The notes under the pieces are model-generated. The model searched no databases and was not told where the DNA came from. It saw only the letters and a program-made list of their open reading frames with translations. A program made the position numbers and the translations under genes. A stretch of DNA of 64,000 bases. Origin: Candidatus Dadabacteria bacterium (GTDB lineage Bacteria > Desulfobacterota_D > UBA1144 > Nemesobacterales > Nemesobacteraceae). The stretch covers positions 10,525-74,524 of the forward strand of contig JAPPAR010000011.1 in assembly GCA_026705445.1 (NCBI GenBank). The letters are read 5' to 3'. Shown in pieces: positions 39,164 to 48,652 of the stretch (the stretch's first letter is position 1; every line of letters begins with the position of its first letter).

Positions 39164-39544
39164 ATGAAAACCGGAATCCTGCTCGCAACACTTGTCTTTT
39201 CCTGCGCGCTCTTTCTCGCGCCCCACGCTTCCCGGGCTGCCGACAGCGCTAAGGGACAGGAAATCTACAACGTCTACTGCGCTACCTGCCACGGCCTCAC
39301 GGGGCTTGGCGACGGAGTCGCGGCCGCCGCTCTTGACCCCAAGCCGAGGGACCTCTCGAGCGCCGCGATCCTCGAGACCTATACGGACGAGTACCTGGTT
39401 AACGTGATAACAAACGGCGGAGCGGCGGTCGGCAAGTCCCCGATGATGACCGCCTGGGCCGGGATAATAAGCCCCGAGGACATAGACAACCTGGTGGCGC
39501 ACATAAGGCAGAACCTCTGCAAGTGCGAGTACAAAAAGCAGTAG
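39164..39544 (+). CDS. class I c-type cytochrome (monohaem, CATCH)
   Basis: Signal peptide MKTGILLATLVFSCALFLAPHASRA, haem-binding CATCHG, ~126 aa. RBS GAAGGGAGG upstream of the ATG at 39164; the longest ORF starts at 39065. Confidence 0.8.
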   Translation: MKTGILLATLVFSCALFLAPHASRAADSAKGQEIYNVYCATCHGLTGLGDGVAAAALDPKPRDLSSAAILETYTDEYLVNVITNGGAAVGKSPMMTAWAGIISPEDIDNLVAHIRQNLCKCEYKKQ

Positions 39545-39590
39545 CATAAAAAAGCGCGGTCCCCTCTCAGTAAAGACTCAGTAAGGAAGC

Positions 39591-39968
39591 CGCGCCCTTT
39601 TCCTTATATATAAGCCCTCAGACTCCCTTTTCCTCAAGACCCGGGGGAAGTTCTCCGTAATAGGGAGAGTCCTCCTCGTACATCTCAAGGACCCTCTCCT
39701 TGGGCATGTCGCACATATCTTCCGTGAAACCGAACATCCTGCATATGTGGCGAAGCTCCTCCTCCCTTCCCGGAAGCGGGTCCATGGGCTGTATCAGTTT
39801 CTCCCCCTCAAGCTCCTTCCGCACGTCCTGGTTCTCGGCAAGCGGAGTTCCGTACTCGTTTGAGTGATAGAGCCTGTCGAACCTCTTCCTCGGTCTCTGC
39901 CCAGGGTCCTCGGCCGCATATCCCACCGTCATGAGCCAGATGGGAACTATGTTCTCGGGAGTCCCGAG
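39591..39968. repeat. ~380-bp direct repeat, copy A (intergenic plus 3' 124 codons of the nitroreductase gene); copy B at 44350..44730
   Basis: ~95% identity by eye between 39591-39968 and 44350-44730. The last ~52 nt of the cytochrome c gene (39491-39544) recur at 39980-40031. Confidence 0.8.
39618..39968 (-). pseudogene. nitroreductase 3' fragment (duplicate of the C-terminal 117 aa of 44380..45261)
   Basis: LGTPENIVPIWLMTVGY...LPPGLEEKGV is near-identical to the C-terminus of the full gene. The N-terminus (MRHHVLYV) comes from the junction and the duplicated cytochrome c end. Confidence 0.75.
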
Positions 39969-40041
39969 GACATACAAAACGTGGTGGCGCACATAAGGCA
40001 GAACTTCCGCAAGTGCGAGTGCAGGAAGTAGGGAGAATTTG

Positions 40042-42828
40042 TCAGATTGATAGCGGCGTTGTTTTCGGCAACATCTTTTTTTTCTCCGAGAACCTCTTCC
40101 TTATATCAATTACGGCTTGAGTGATCTCTGCGGGCAGGGATTCGAGTTCCTCTCCCGTTTCCGCCCGCACCGCGTGCCAGAGCGGTTCCATGGTTTCAGT
40201 CAGGGCAGGATGGCTTTCCATTATCTGCATGACCTGCTGGCTCCAGCCGGCCGCCGCGAGATTGATCAGGGATTCCGTCAGACCATGCGTGTTCCAGCAC
40301 TGTTGGCCGACGGCGACGGAAAGCGCTCGGTCAAGTTTTTCCAGGGCTGCCATCCAGTTCCCGCAGCGGGCCAGTACATCGGAGACCGCATGAAACGCGG
40401 CAGGGTCTTCCGGCATCAGCTCCGCTGCGCGGCAAGCGTAGCGTTTCGCTTCTTCCAGGCGCGCAGCCTCGTCACCCCCGAGAATCGCTTCCGCCCTGAC
40501 GCGCCAGGCCTCGCCACACTCGGGGTCAAGCTCCACTGCTTTTTTGCAGCCCGATTCCGAGTCGTCATAATATCCCAGCGAGTTGGCAATATTGCTCTTG
40601 GTGGCCAGCAGTCTGGCGAATTTCCGACGCGTATCCACCGGGTCATCCACATAAACATATTCTGAAAACCGGTCGCAGGAAATGATCCAGTCTTCAAACC
40701 GCCCCAGTTCCAAGTACGCCGTGTCCAGAGCGAACAACGCCAGACCGGCACCGTAACGTAATGTTATCGAGTCATCGGTACGAACATATTGAGTGAAATT
40801 TTCCAAAATGGACACAGCTTCATCATAACGCTTTTGTGCGACAAGAGCGTTTCCTCTCTCGGCAAGCGTCTTGAGAAATGTCAGGCGTAACAATTCCGGA
40901 TCTTCCGGACAGACATATTGCGAGACCTGCCGCCAGATCGCGAGAGCTTCTTCATGATGATCCGCTTCCAAGAGAAGTTTGCCATGAACCCGAATCAACT
41001 CAGTAGCTACATAGCGCAGGGGATGCGGGTCATCCTGGTTTACAAGTTCCCAAATTTTTGCAATAACGCTTAAGACATCGCCAGAATTTTCCAAGGCGAG
41101 AAGGACTCCAGCCTCCCCCGTCAGAGCTCCAAGCGCGCAAATCTGCAATTGTGCGGGGTCATCGGGACCGACAGCCTCGGTTACATGCCTGAACGCATCG
41201 AGGGCATCCTCAAAATGCCTTCTTCCCCTTAGTGCCGAGCCAAGAAGAACCCAAGCAAAAAGATTATCCGGTTCTCGCCTGATTGCCCCTCTGCACTCGG
41301 TTTCCGCCTCCACGAAGCGTTCAGATTGGAGTAGTTCGATGCCGCGACAGACCTTATCCGAAAAACAATCCAAACCTAGCTGGTAGTGCCGGGAAAGGTC
41401 CCGCACTATTTCGCCAAATGCTGACACGTTCGCGCCGATAGAATTGATTATCAGGCTAAAGGCCTTCTTCATCCAGTCTTCGCGTTCCGCGAAATCACTG
41501 TCGTTCGCCGCATAGGGGATCAGGGCTCCAAGCAGTTCAGGCGCCTCTTCATCCTTAGAGACCCCGCTGCTTAACTTCTCAAGAGTCGCCAGATACATCG
41601 ACCGCATCGGAACCGGGCCGAACAGATCGTTGAGGAAGTCTACCAGCAGCTTCAGGCGTCGATATCCCCGCCGCGAGAAACGCAGCAGGAAGTAGATGTT
41701 GTAGAACCGGTCGGCAACCTCGTACCGGATACGCTTTTCCCTCTCTGGCCGCGCTTCCCTGGCGTATCCCTTGTCCACCAGCTGCTTGAGCTGGGCGCTT
41801 GTGTGAGATGAGGAAAGCCTGGCCGCGGCGGATACTTCCTTCGCGAGCATGGGACTCCATCCCTCCGCAAGGCAATGAAACACCTTTCGGGACTGTGTCG
41901 GCAGCTCCTCAATGCGGGACTTGAAGTACGGAGTCTGTTCGTCGATCAGCTGTTCTAGATCCTTGAACGCGGAACCGAGCGGCGACTCAACCAGAATTCC
42001 GTAGGTCAGCACCAGCAGCCGCGGGTTTCCTCCGGTCAGGCGGCGCATGGTCTCGATTCGCCCGCGTTCGCGGCTCAGTGTCTCGGCAATTTTAGTTTTG
42101 CATTCACGTTCTGCGAGGGCCCGGAAGATCTGAAGATACTCTTCGCGCCCAAGACCTTCCAGAAGAAAAACCCGGAAAAACTCGTAGAACGGTTCGCCGC
42201 GGTGCTGTATGGCCTCAAAGACGGCGTTTGCGGAACCGATCAGCAGTATCTCCGGATGTTCGATCAACGCGGCCCGCAAAGCGTGGACTTCGCGCTCATC
42301 ACCCAGTTGTGAGAAAACGATGTCAAGATTTTCGACAAACAGAATCAGCCTCTTTCCGCTTTCTCGGGAGAAATCAATAAGAACCGAGAGCGCGTACGCG
42401 GCAAGGCGCTGCGGATCCTTCTCGTCGGCCGAAAGCGCTTCTGCCTTGTCCTCCCATCGGGAATCCCGAGTGGCGCGGGTCAGGTGATGCAGGGCCGTAA
42501 GCCAGAAATCCGCCAGGTCGGTCACCTGATAGCTTTCCTCGTGAAACGCCACGGGCTGCCATGCTTCTGCAAGATCGGGCGTTTCGCGTACCGCCTGGAG
42601 AAACCGCAGACCGAGGGTGGTTTTGCCCATCCCCCGCGAACCGACAAGCAGCATGTGCTGGCACGGTCGGTCGGTTTTCTGCTCGTCCAAGAGGCGAAGC
42701 ATCTCAGTGAGGGTCTCCTGACGGGCGACGAAGGAAGCCTTGAGTTCTTCCGGGGAGAGTTGGGCCGGGTTGTAGATACGTCTTTGCTTCATGGCTCCAT
42801 CCCCCCTGACCGGTTTTTCCGCCACCAC
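40042..42828 (-). CDS. ORC/Cdc6-like AAA ATPase (Arch_ATPase type) with a winged helix and a long C-terminal TPR array; STAND-like NTPase
   Basis: Walker A LLVGSRGMGKTTL, Walker B RLILFVENLD, winged-helix segment, then ~450 aa of TPR-like repeats. 928 aa. Overlaps the upstream ATPase gene by 40 nt. Confidence 0.75.
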   Translation of the reverse strand: MVAEKPVRGDGAMKQRRIYNPAQLSPEELKASFVARQETLTEMLRLLDEQKTDRPCQHMLLVGSRGMGKTTLGLRFLQAVRETPDLAEAWQPVAFHEESYQVTDLADFWLTALHHLTRATRDSRWEDKAEALSADEKDPQRLAAYALSVLIDFSRESGKRLILFVENLDIVFSQLGDEREVHALRAALIEHPEILLIGSANAVFEAIQHRGEPFYEFFRVFLLEGLGREEYLQIFRALAERECKTKIAETLSRERGRIETMRRLTGGNPRLLVLTYGILVESPLGSAFKDLEQLIDEQTPYFKSRIEELPTQSRKVFHCLAEGWSPMLAKEVSAAARLSSSHTSAQLKQLVDKGYAREARPEREKRIRYEVADRFYNIYFLLRFSRRGYRRLKLLVDFLNDLFGPVPMRSMYLATLEKLSSGVSKDEEAPELLGALIPYAANDSDFAEREDWMKKAFSLIINSIGANVSAFGEIVRDLSRHYQLGLDCFSDKVCRGIELLQSERFVEAETECRGAIRREPDNLFAWVLLGSALRGRRHFEDALDAFRHVTEAVGPDDPAQLQICALGALTGEAGVLLALENSGDVLSVIAKIWELVNQDDPHPLRYVATELIRVHGKLLLEADHHEEALAIWRQVSQYVCPEDPELLRLTFLKTLAERGNALVAQKRYDEAVSILENFTQYVRTDDSITLRYGAGLALFALDTAYLELGRFEDWIISCDRFSEYVYVDDPVDTRRKFARLLATKSNIANSLGYYDDSESGCKKAVELDPECGEAWRVRAEAILGGDEAARLEEAKRYACRAAELMPEDPAAFHAVSDVLARCGNWMAALEKLDRALSVAVGQQCWNTHGLTESLINLAAAGWSQQVMQIMESHPALTETMEPLWHAVRAETGEELESLPAEITQAVIDIRKRFSEKKKMLPKTTPLSI

Positions 42829-44000
42829 TCCCTAAGCAGGTTCGATCTGAAACACACATGGGAGCCATCCCGCCGCACGTACCCGTCCGATTCCAGATTG
42901 CGAAGCGCCGAGAGAAGCTCGCTTTCGCCCTGCCGGGTCAGTTTCTCAATATCCGAGATGCGCGCACCGTCTCTCCGCCGACAGGCGTGATTGAGTATGT
43001 CGTGCGCCGCTTCCTGCTCGTCTGCGTCAAGCATGATTTCCAAGCGGGCTGCGTAATGGTCAAGATGAGGCGTGCCGCCAGGTCCCGTAAGCCTTTCCGT
43101 GAAGCATCGCTCTATTGCACTTTCGGAAACGCGCGAGGGGTCCCCATTGCAGGATTGGCGAAGGGTCGAAAAAAACAGTTGCAGGTGATAGGGAACCGGA
43201 TCCGAGAGGAGGTCGAGAATTTGTGAGACGCTACGTTCGTCCATGCGGAAGCCATAACTGTCTCCAAGCTCCTCCAGAAACTTAACTGCGACATCCCGGT
43301 CCCATGAATCCAGCTGGAAAGGGGCCAGATCGTTTATTAATCCCGAAAGAGCAAAGCGTCTGAGAACGCCTTCAAGCCCGATGGACCCGCCGATCAGTGT
43401 GCACACCTTCCCGCGCATCTGCGGAGACTGGCGCCAGCGCCGGAGCCCGGACAGCAGCAACTCGACATCATGTTTTCCCTCGAGGGTTTTCAGCATGCGC
43501 GAGACGAGTATCGGAAACTCGTCGAGGATGATCAGGAGGCTGCGACCGGGATCCGGCAGACTCTCAAGACGTTCAAGAAGCTGATCCGCTGTACGTTTCC
43601 AGTCCCGGCCGATCGCCCTTTTGAGTTCAATGCGGACTTTTTCGATGCTGACGGAAACTTCGGAAAAGGAAAATGTGCTCTTGAGCGTGTCTACTACGGT
43701 CTTTGCGAACGGAATTTTTTCGATGCCTCGGCGGTACTCCGGGTTCACCGCCAGAGCGGCGACAATTGCCGCCAAGCAATCCGCCGAATCTTCGGCACCT
43801 TCAACATCCACATAAAAGACATCCCAGTTTTCCCGAGGTTCGCGACGAAGTTCCAACATGAGGCTGGTCTTCCCGACCCGTCGCGGGGCAAGCATCAGAA
43901 CATGCTCTCCCTGCTCCAGTTTTTCCCATAGCAGTTCCAGTTCGGATTCTCGTCCGTAGAGGTCTTCGCCGATTACCGCCTGTCCTGTAATGTTTTGCAT
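42789..44000 (-). CDS. ORC/Cdc6-like AAA ATPase (Arch_ATPase + DUF234-like winged-helix C-terminus)
   Basis: Walker A LMLAPRRVGKTSL, Walker B LLIILDEFP. 403 aa. First gene of a two-gene operon with the ATPase-TPR gene. Confidence 0.75.
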   Translation of the reverse strand: MQNITGQAVIGEDLYGRESELELLWEKLEQGEHVLMLAPRRVGKTSLMLELRREPRENWDVFYVDVEGAEDSADCLAAIVAALAVNPEYRRGIEKIPFAKTVVDTLKSTFSFSEVSVSIEKVRIELKRAIGRDWKRTADQLLERLESLPDPGRSLLIILDEFPILVSRMLKTLEGKHDVELLLSGLRRWRQSPQMRGKVCTLIGGSIGLEGVLRRFALSGLINDLAPFQLDSWDRDVAVKFLEELGDSYGFRMDERSVSQILDLLSDPVPYHLQLFFSTLRQSCNGDPSRVSESAIERCFTERLTGPGGTPHLDHYAARLEIMLDADEQEAAHDILNHACRRRDGARISDIEKLTRQGESELLSALRNLESDGYVRRDGSHVCFRSNLLREWWRKNRSGGMEP

Positions 44001-44349
44001 CCGCTCGACTCCCGTTCAGATCAGGATGGAAAACAGAATACATGACAAGGGGTTTTTTGGCAATAAACTTTTTGGCAAAAAGTTTATTGCCATAGGGGAA
44101 TCCACAGAAGATGCTATCGTCGCACTTCCACGAAATCCAAGGCAATCATTCAGGTCCAGAAAACCCGACAGACGCACAGTCAGTTTTTCAGCACAGCGGA
44201 AAACGGCGAAACACTATACACCCAAAGCGTAGTCACCATCACTCATCGCCTTTCGCCCAAGGACATGTCCGCCACGCACTTTCCTAGCCTCGCTCGCTCA
44301 TCAGAAGCTCCTTCTCCCGCAGCCTCCCAGCCACTTTTTTTTCTTCTCG

Positions 44350-44730
44350 CGCGCCCTTTTCCTTATTATATATAAGAGCTCAGACTCCCCTTTCCTCAAG
44401 GCCCGGGGGAAGTTCCCCGTAATAGGGAGAGTCCTCCTCGTACATCTCAAGGACCTTATCCTTCGGCATGTCGCACATATCTTCCGTGAAACCGAACATC
44501 CTGCATATGTGGCGAAGCTCCTCCTCCCTTCCCGGAAGCGGGTCCATGGGCTGTATCAGTTTCTCCCCCTCAAGCTCCTTCCGCACGTCCTGGTTCTCGG
44601 CAAGCGGAGTTCCGTACTCGTTTGAGTGATAGAGCCTGTCGAACCTCTTCCTCGGTCTCTGGCCGGGATCCTCGGCCGGGTATCCCACCGTCATGAGCCA
44701 GATGGGAACTATGTTCTCGGGGGTCCCGAG
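44350..44730. repeat. ~380-bp direct repeat, copy B (within the intact nitroreductase gene and its downstream region)
   Basis: See 39591..39968. Confidence 0.8.
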
Positions 44731-45261
44731 AACCTTCGGGAACTCAGCCGGCTTTCTGCCCGTGGCTATAAGGCAGCACCCGAGGCCCAGGTCAGTGGCC
44801 GCGAGCATGGCGTTCGCTATTGCCTGGCCCGCCTCGACCCTTAGAAGATCCTCCGCCCTGTCCTTGGGAAAACTCATGAGCCTCGGATAGGTGCTCTCGG
44901 TAAGTATCTTGTAGGTCCAGCCGTGAGCGGCGGTTATGGCCCTCGCGGGAAACAGCACCTGGAAGGTCTGTATGAGCTCCTTGTACCAGGCGTCTAGGTT
45001 TATGAGCCACGCCACGATAATCGGGGCCTGGCGCAGGTGAATCTCGTTAAAAGCGGATCCGCATTCAACTATCTTCTCGAATTTCTCCGGGGGATAGGTC
45101 CTTTTGTCTATGACTATCGCCTCGGTCGAGTTGCAGTTGCCCTGGCAGGAGCAGTAGCGCGCCGCCTGGAGCATCTTCTGTATTTTCCAGTCCTCAACCT
45201 CTTTCCAGGGCTTATAGAACCTAAAGCTTCTCCTGGTGCCCATTGCTTCAAAAACTTCCAT
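44380..45261 (-). CDS. nitroreductase-family flavoprotein
   Basis: N-terminal RRSFRFY motif, nitroreductase-fold length and pattern, 293 aa. Confidence 0.7.
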   Translation of the reverse strand: MEVFEAMGTRRSFRFYKPWKEVEDWKIQKMLQAARYCSCQGNCNSTEAIVIDKRTYPPEKFEKIVECGSAFNEIHLRQAPIIVAWLINLDAWYKELIQTFQVLFPARAITAAHGWTYKILTESTYPRLMSFPKDRAEDLLRVEAGQAIANAMLAATDLGLGCCLIATGRKPAEFPKVLGTPENIVPIWLMTVGYPAEDPGQRPRKRFDRLYHSNEYGTPLAENQDVRKELEGEKLIQPMDPLPGREEELRHICRMFGFTEDMCDMPKDKVLEMYEEDSPYYGELPPGLEERGV

Positions 45262-45317
45262 GTGAAATCCCTCCTCTATCTCTGGTTTGTTCTCTAAAAA
45301 TTTCTTCCCCGCCGCGC

Positions 45318-46082
45318 CTAAAGAGTGGTCCAGCCCCCGTCTATAACGAGATCGGAGCCCGTAACGTACCGGGCCTCGTCCGAAGCTAGGTAAAGCACCG
45401 AGTGGGCCACCTCCTCCGCCTCGGCCCTTCTCACAAGGGGAATCATGTCGGCCGCTATCGCGTCGAGCTGCTCCTCCGCGTCAGGAGGGTTCCCCATGAA
45501 CTCGGGGTCCATCTTGGTCTTTATGTAGCCGGGACAGACGGAGTTAGTCCTTATGTTGTCTTTCGCGTGATCAAGGGCCATGCTTCTCGTTATTTGCCTC
45601 ACGGCTCCCTTGGAAGCGTTGTACGCAACGCAGCCCTCCATCCCCACGATGCCGAGCACGCTTGAGTTGTTGATTATGGAACCCCCGCCGTGCTTTGCCA
45701 TGAGCGGAACCACGTACTTGCTTACGAGAAAAACCCCCTTCACGTTTATGTCGATCGTGCGGTCCCAGACCTCGTTAGAGGTCGTTACCACCGTGCCGCC
45801 CTCAAGGATCCCGGCGTTGTTAAACAGTATGTCGACCCTTCCGAAATCTCCGTAGAAGGCCTCTACCACCCTCCTTACGTCATCTTCCTTGGAAACGTCC
45901 CCGGGATAGGCCTTTATCTCCCCGGGACCCGGGTTCTCGGCCACCACTTCGTCAAGCCGCTCCGCGGTCCTGGACATTATGCCCACGTTGGCGCCTTCTG
46001 CTGAGAACAAAAGCGCCGTAGCTTTTCCTATTCCCTCTCCCCCGCCCGTTATGAGCGCCGTTTTTCCATCAAGTCTTCCCAT
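45318..46082 (-). CDS. short-chain dehydrogenase/reductase (SDR) family oxidoreductase
   Basis: TGGGEGIGKA Rossmann motif and the YxxxK catalytic motif (YNASKGAV). Confidence 0.9.
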   Translation of the reverse strand: MGRLDGKTALITGGGEGIGKATALLFSAEGANVGIMSRTAERLDEVVAENPGPGEIKAYPGDVSKEDDVRRVVEAFYGDFGRVDILFNNAGILEGGTVVTTSNEVWDRTIDINVKGVFLVSKYVVPLMAKHGGGSIINNSSVLGIVGMEGCVAYNASKGAVRQITRSMALDHAKDNIRTNSVCPGYIKTKMDPEFMGNPPDAEEQLDAIAADMIPLVRRAEAEEVAHSVLYLASDEARYVTGSDLVIDGGWTTL

Positions 46083-46410
46083 TTTTTCCTCCTTGCTTGT
46101 GTTTTAGAGCTTCTTCTCAACCTTTATATTATATAATAGGAATTAGTTTCAAGAGCCAAAAAAAACTTTATTTTTCACCCAAGTACATTTTTCCATATCA
46201 GGTAGCGCCGTCTAATTATCCGTGTGAATTCCCGAAAACATCCAAGGAAAATCAAGAGCAGAGCAGTTTATTAAGTACGAATAAGTTATCGCGTTAGGTA
46301 TATTTTTATACGTCAACTTACCAACACTATTAAATGAGAATGCAATACGAGTGTTTGTGCTTAATGGCATAACCAAAACGATAAAACGGGAAACAACAAT
46401 CTGGATATGA

Positions 46411-47319
46411 ATGAGGTGCTGCATGGCAGAAAGCCTTCCTTTCGAGCCTGATGACTTGGACCAGAAAACCGTATCTCCCTTAAAGGAACTAGGGGCGTAT
46501 GAAGCGTTATGGGATCAAAAGGGCATGTCCTTCAAAAAAATTTCCGAAATGCACCAAGGCCGCTGGGAATCGTCTCTTTCTGATTTTGTGGACGAAGCCA
46601 TTGCCTACGAGTTTGCCGGTCGTGTTCGCAGTTTGTTCGACGAGTCTGGGATTGACAAGTTCGGCGTTTGTGTTCGTGGTACGGGAGAATACCCCAAAGG
46701 CCTCTATGACGCCGTTTATCCGGTTGAATTGCTTTATTTTCAGGGATTGTGGGGTCTGGTTTTCACAAGATCAGTTGCGGTCGTGGGTACGCGCAAGCCG
46801 TCCGAAAAGGGAGTTGCTCGTACGCGCCGCCTTGTCAGAAACTTGGTGGAAAACAATTTCACCATAGTTTCAGGGTTAGCTTCTGGAATCGACACCGTCG
46901 CACACACTACAGCGATTGAGTCTGGAGGCCGGACCATAGGAGTAATTGGCACCCCGATTTCAAAATTCTATCCAAAGGAAAATGTTGAGCTTCAGAAGAA
47001 AATAGCAAAGGAGCATTTGCTTGTAAGCCAAATTCCAGTATGCCGTTACTTGCGGCAGGGGCCGCGCGGGAATCGGCTATTCTTTCCAGAGCGTAATATA
47101 ACGATGTCCGCACTTGCCGAAGCAACTATTATTGTCGAGGCTGGCGAAACATCAGGAACTCTGGTTCAAGCTGCCGCGGCTCTTAAACAGGGAAGGAAAT
47201 TATTCATCCTTGATAATTGTTTTTGCAATTCCACTCTCACTTGGCCAAGAACTTTTCTTGAGAAAGGCGCTATAAGGGTTGCTGATTACGAAGATATAAG
47301 GAGACATCTTGGCTCTTAG
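46411..47319 (+). CDS. DprA/Smf-like (SLOG/DNA_processg_A Rossmann) domain protein
   Basis: VAVVGTRKPS...IVSGLASGIDTVAHTTAIESGGRTIGVIGTPI...IVEAGETSGTLVQAAAALKQGRKLF is the DprA-type Rossmann core. AT-rich; overlaps the next gene by 11 nt. Confidence 0.7.
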   Translation: MRCCMAESLPFEPDDLDQKTVSPLKELGAYEALWDQKGMSFKKISEMHQGRWESSLSDFVDEAIAYEFAGRVRSLFDESGIDKFGVCVRGTGEYPKGLYDAVYPVELLYFQGLWGLVFTRSVAVVGTRKPSEKGVARTRRLVRNLVENNFTIVSGLASGIDTVAHTTAIESGGRTIGVIGTPISKFYPKENVELQKKIAKEHLLVSQIPVCRYLRQGPRGNRLFFPERNITMSALAEATIIVEAGETSGTLVQAAAALKQGRKLFILDNCFCNSTLTWPRTFLEKGAIRVADYEDIRRHLGS

Positions 47320-47941
47320 GCTCTGCAAGATTGATGATCTCTTACGAAGCGATCATTTATATCTTACGGAAGATGATCATTGCTTTTTTTTTCGGGAATA
47401 TACCGCAAACAAGAGCTACGATTACGGCGAAACTAACGACCTAATTCAGAATTTTAAGAAAGAGCTAGATAAAAAAGGTACATCTCAATGGAAATACAAG
47501 GGAAAGGCAATAAACAAAATAGCGGAAGAATTTCGGGAATCGTTAAAAGCGGAATGGTTTGAGGAATACACCTTAGTTCCGATTCCACCATCAAAATCAA
47601 AAGAAGACCCACTCTATGACGATCGTATGGTTCAAATGCTTAAGATTTTTGGGCAAGGGCTTAACCTTGATATCCGTGAATTGGTCCTGCAACGCGAAAG
47701 TACCCCACCATTTCACAAAATCACCCCTCGTCCACCTTGGGAAGACCTAGTTGATAACTATTACATTGACGAAAATATCGCAAATCCTGAACCGAAAAAG
47801 ATTATTTTATTTGATGACCTTCTCACTGAAGGCGCACATTTCAAAGCTGCCCAACATGTTCTTGAGAAGAGATATCCCGGCATAATTACCAGAGGGGTTT
47901 TTATAGCACGACGAGTATATGCGGATGCCGAAGAAATTTAA
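47309..47941 (+). CDS. phosphoribosyltransferase (type I PRTase)-like protein
   Basis: PRPP-binding motif IILFDDLLTEGAHF. 210 aa, translationally coupled to the DprA-like gene. Confidence 0.7.
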   Translation: MALRLCKIDDLLRSDHLYLTEDDHCFFFREYTANKSYDYGETNDLIQNFKKELDKKGTSQWKYKGKAINKIAEEFRESLKAEWFEEYTLVPIPPSKSKEDPLYDDRMVQMLKIFGQGLNLDIRELVLQRESTPPFHKITPRPPWEDLVDNYYIDENIANPEPKKIILFDDLLTEGAHFKAAQHVLEKRYPGIITRGVFIARRVYADAEEI

Positions 47942-48088
47942 GAAAGAACTCTGAAGCAACTCATATAGAGCTATAGGTGGCTTGATTAACGTATCTGCCG
48001 TAGAAATATACGCAGGAATATAAAGTGGTTGCCTTACAGCGTTGGAGTTCGGCCGCAGGGAAATCAAGAACTATTTCTTTGGCAGGAT

Positions 48089-48134
48089 CGTATATAATAA
48101 TCCATTATGAGCAACGGGAAATCCTTTATGATAG
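48089..48134. repeat. duplicated copy of the nitrilase promoter and first 8 codons (direct repeat with 49035..49080)
   Basis: gtatataataatccattatgagcaacgggaaatcctt here and gtataataacccattatgagcaacggaaaatcctt at 49035..49080. The repeats flank the HEPN/MNT cassette. Confidence 0.75.
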
Positions 48135-48229
48135 GTGGAGTCCGGCTTCAGGTTCTTTCCGAAATCCTCCACCGCAGTCACGAGGAGCTTCGCCGGGAAG
48201 ACAGGACTTGGCAATGAAGGATCGTTTTC

Positions 48230-48652
48230 ATGATTGAATACGACAAATTTCAAAATTCCCTGAAACGCCTTGAGGAACAGTACGGAAATTACCGTGCCAT
48301 AGAGAACTCTGACCTGGATTCGATAATGTGGGAAGCTGTGGCCGAGTCGGTCATACACAGGTTTGAGGTCTGTTACGACTGCCTATGGGAGGTGCTGAGA
48401 CGCCACCTCGCAGAGGAGCTCGGCGTTCCAGATGCCCCAAACAGCCCGAAACCTGTTTTCAGACTGGCCTTTGAAAACAACCTTCTCCCCTCACCGATCG
48501 AAAAATGGCTTGATTACGCAAACAGCCGCATCAATACAAGCCATGACTATGATGAGGGAAAGGCCAGAAGATGCCTTGGAATCATAAGCAGCTTTATTGA
48601 CAATGCCACAGGTCTTTACGAAACAATGAGCGGAGAAACATGGAAACAGTAA
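48230..48652 (+). CDS. nucleotidyltransferase substrate-binding protein, HI0074 family (HEPN-like toxin of a HEPN/MNT pair)
   Basis: Family pattern (NTase_sub_bind), 140 aa, overlaps the downstream MNT gene by 13 nt. Confidence 0.7.
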   Translation: MIEYDKFQNSLKRLEEQYGNYRAIENSDLDSIMWEAVAESVIHRFEVCYDCLWEVLRRHLAEELGVPDAPNSPKPVFRLAFENNLLPSPIEKWLDYANSRINTSHDYDEGKARRCLGIISSFIDNATGLYETMSGETWKQ

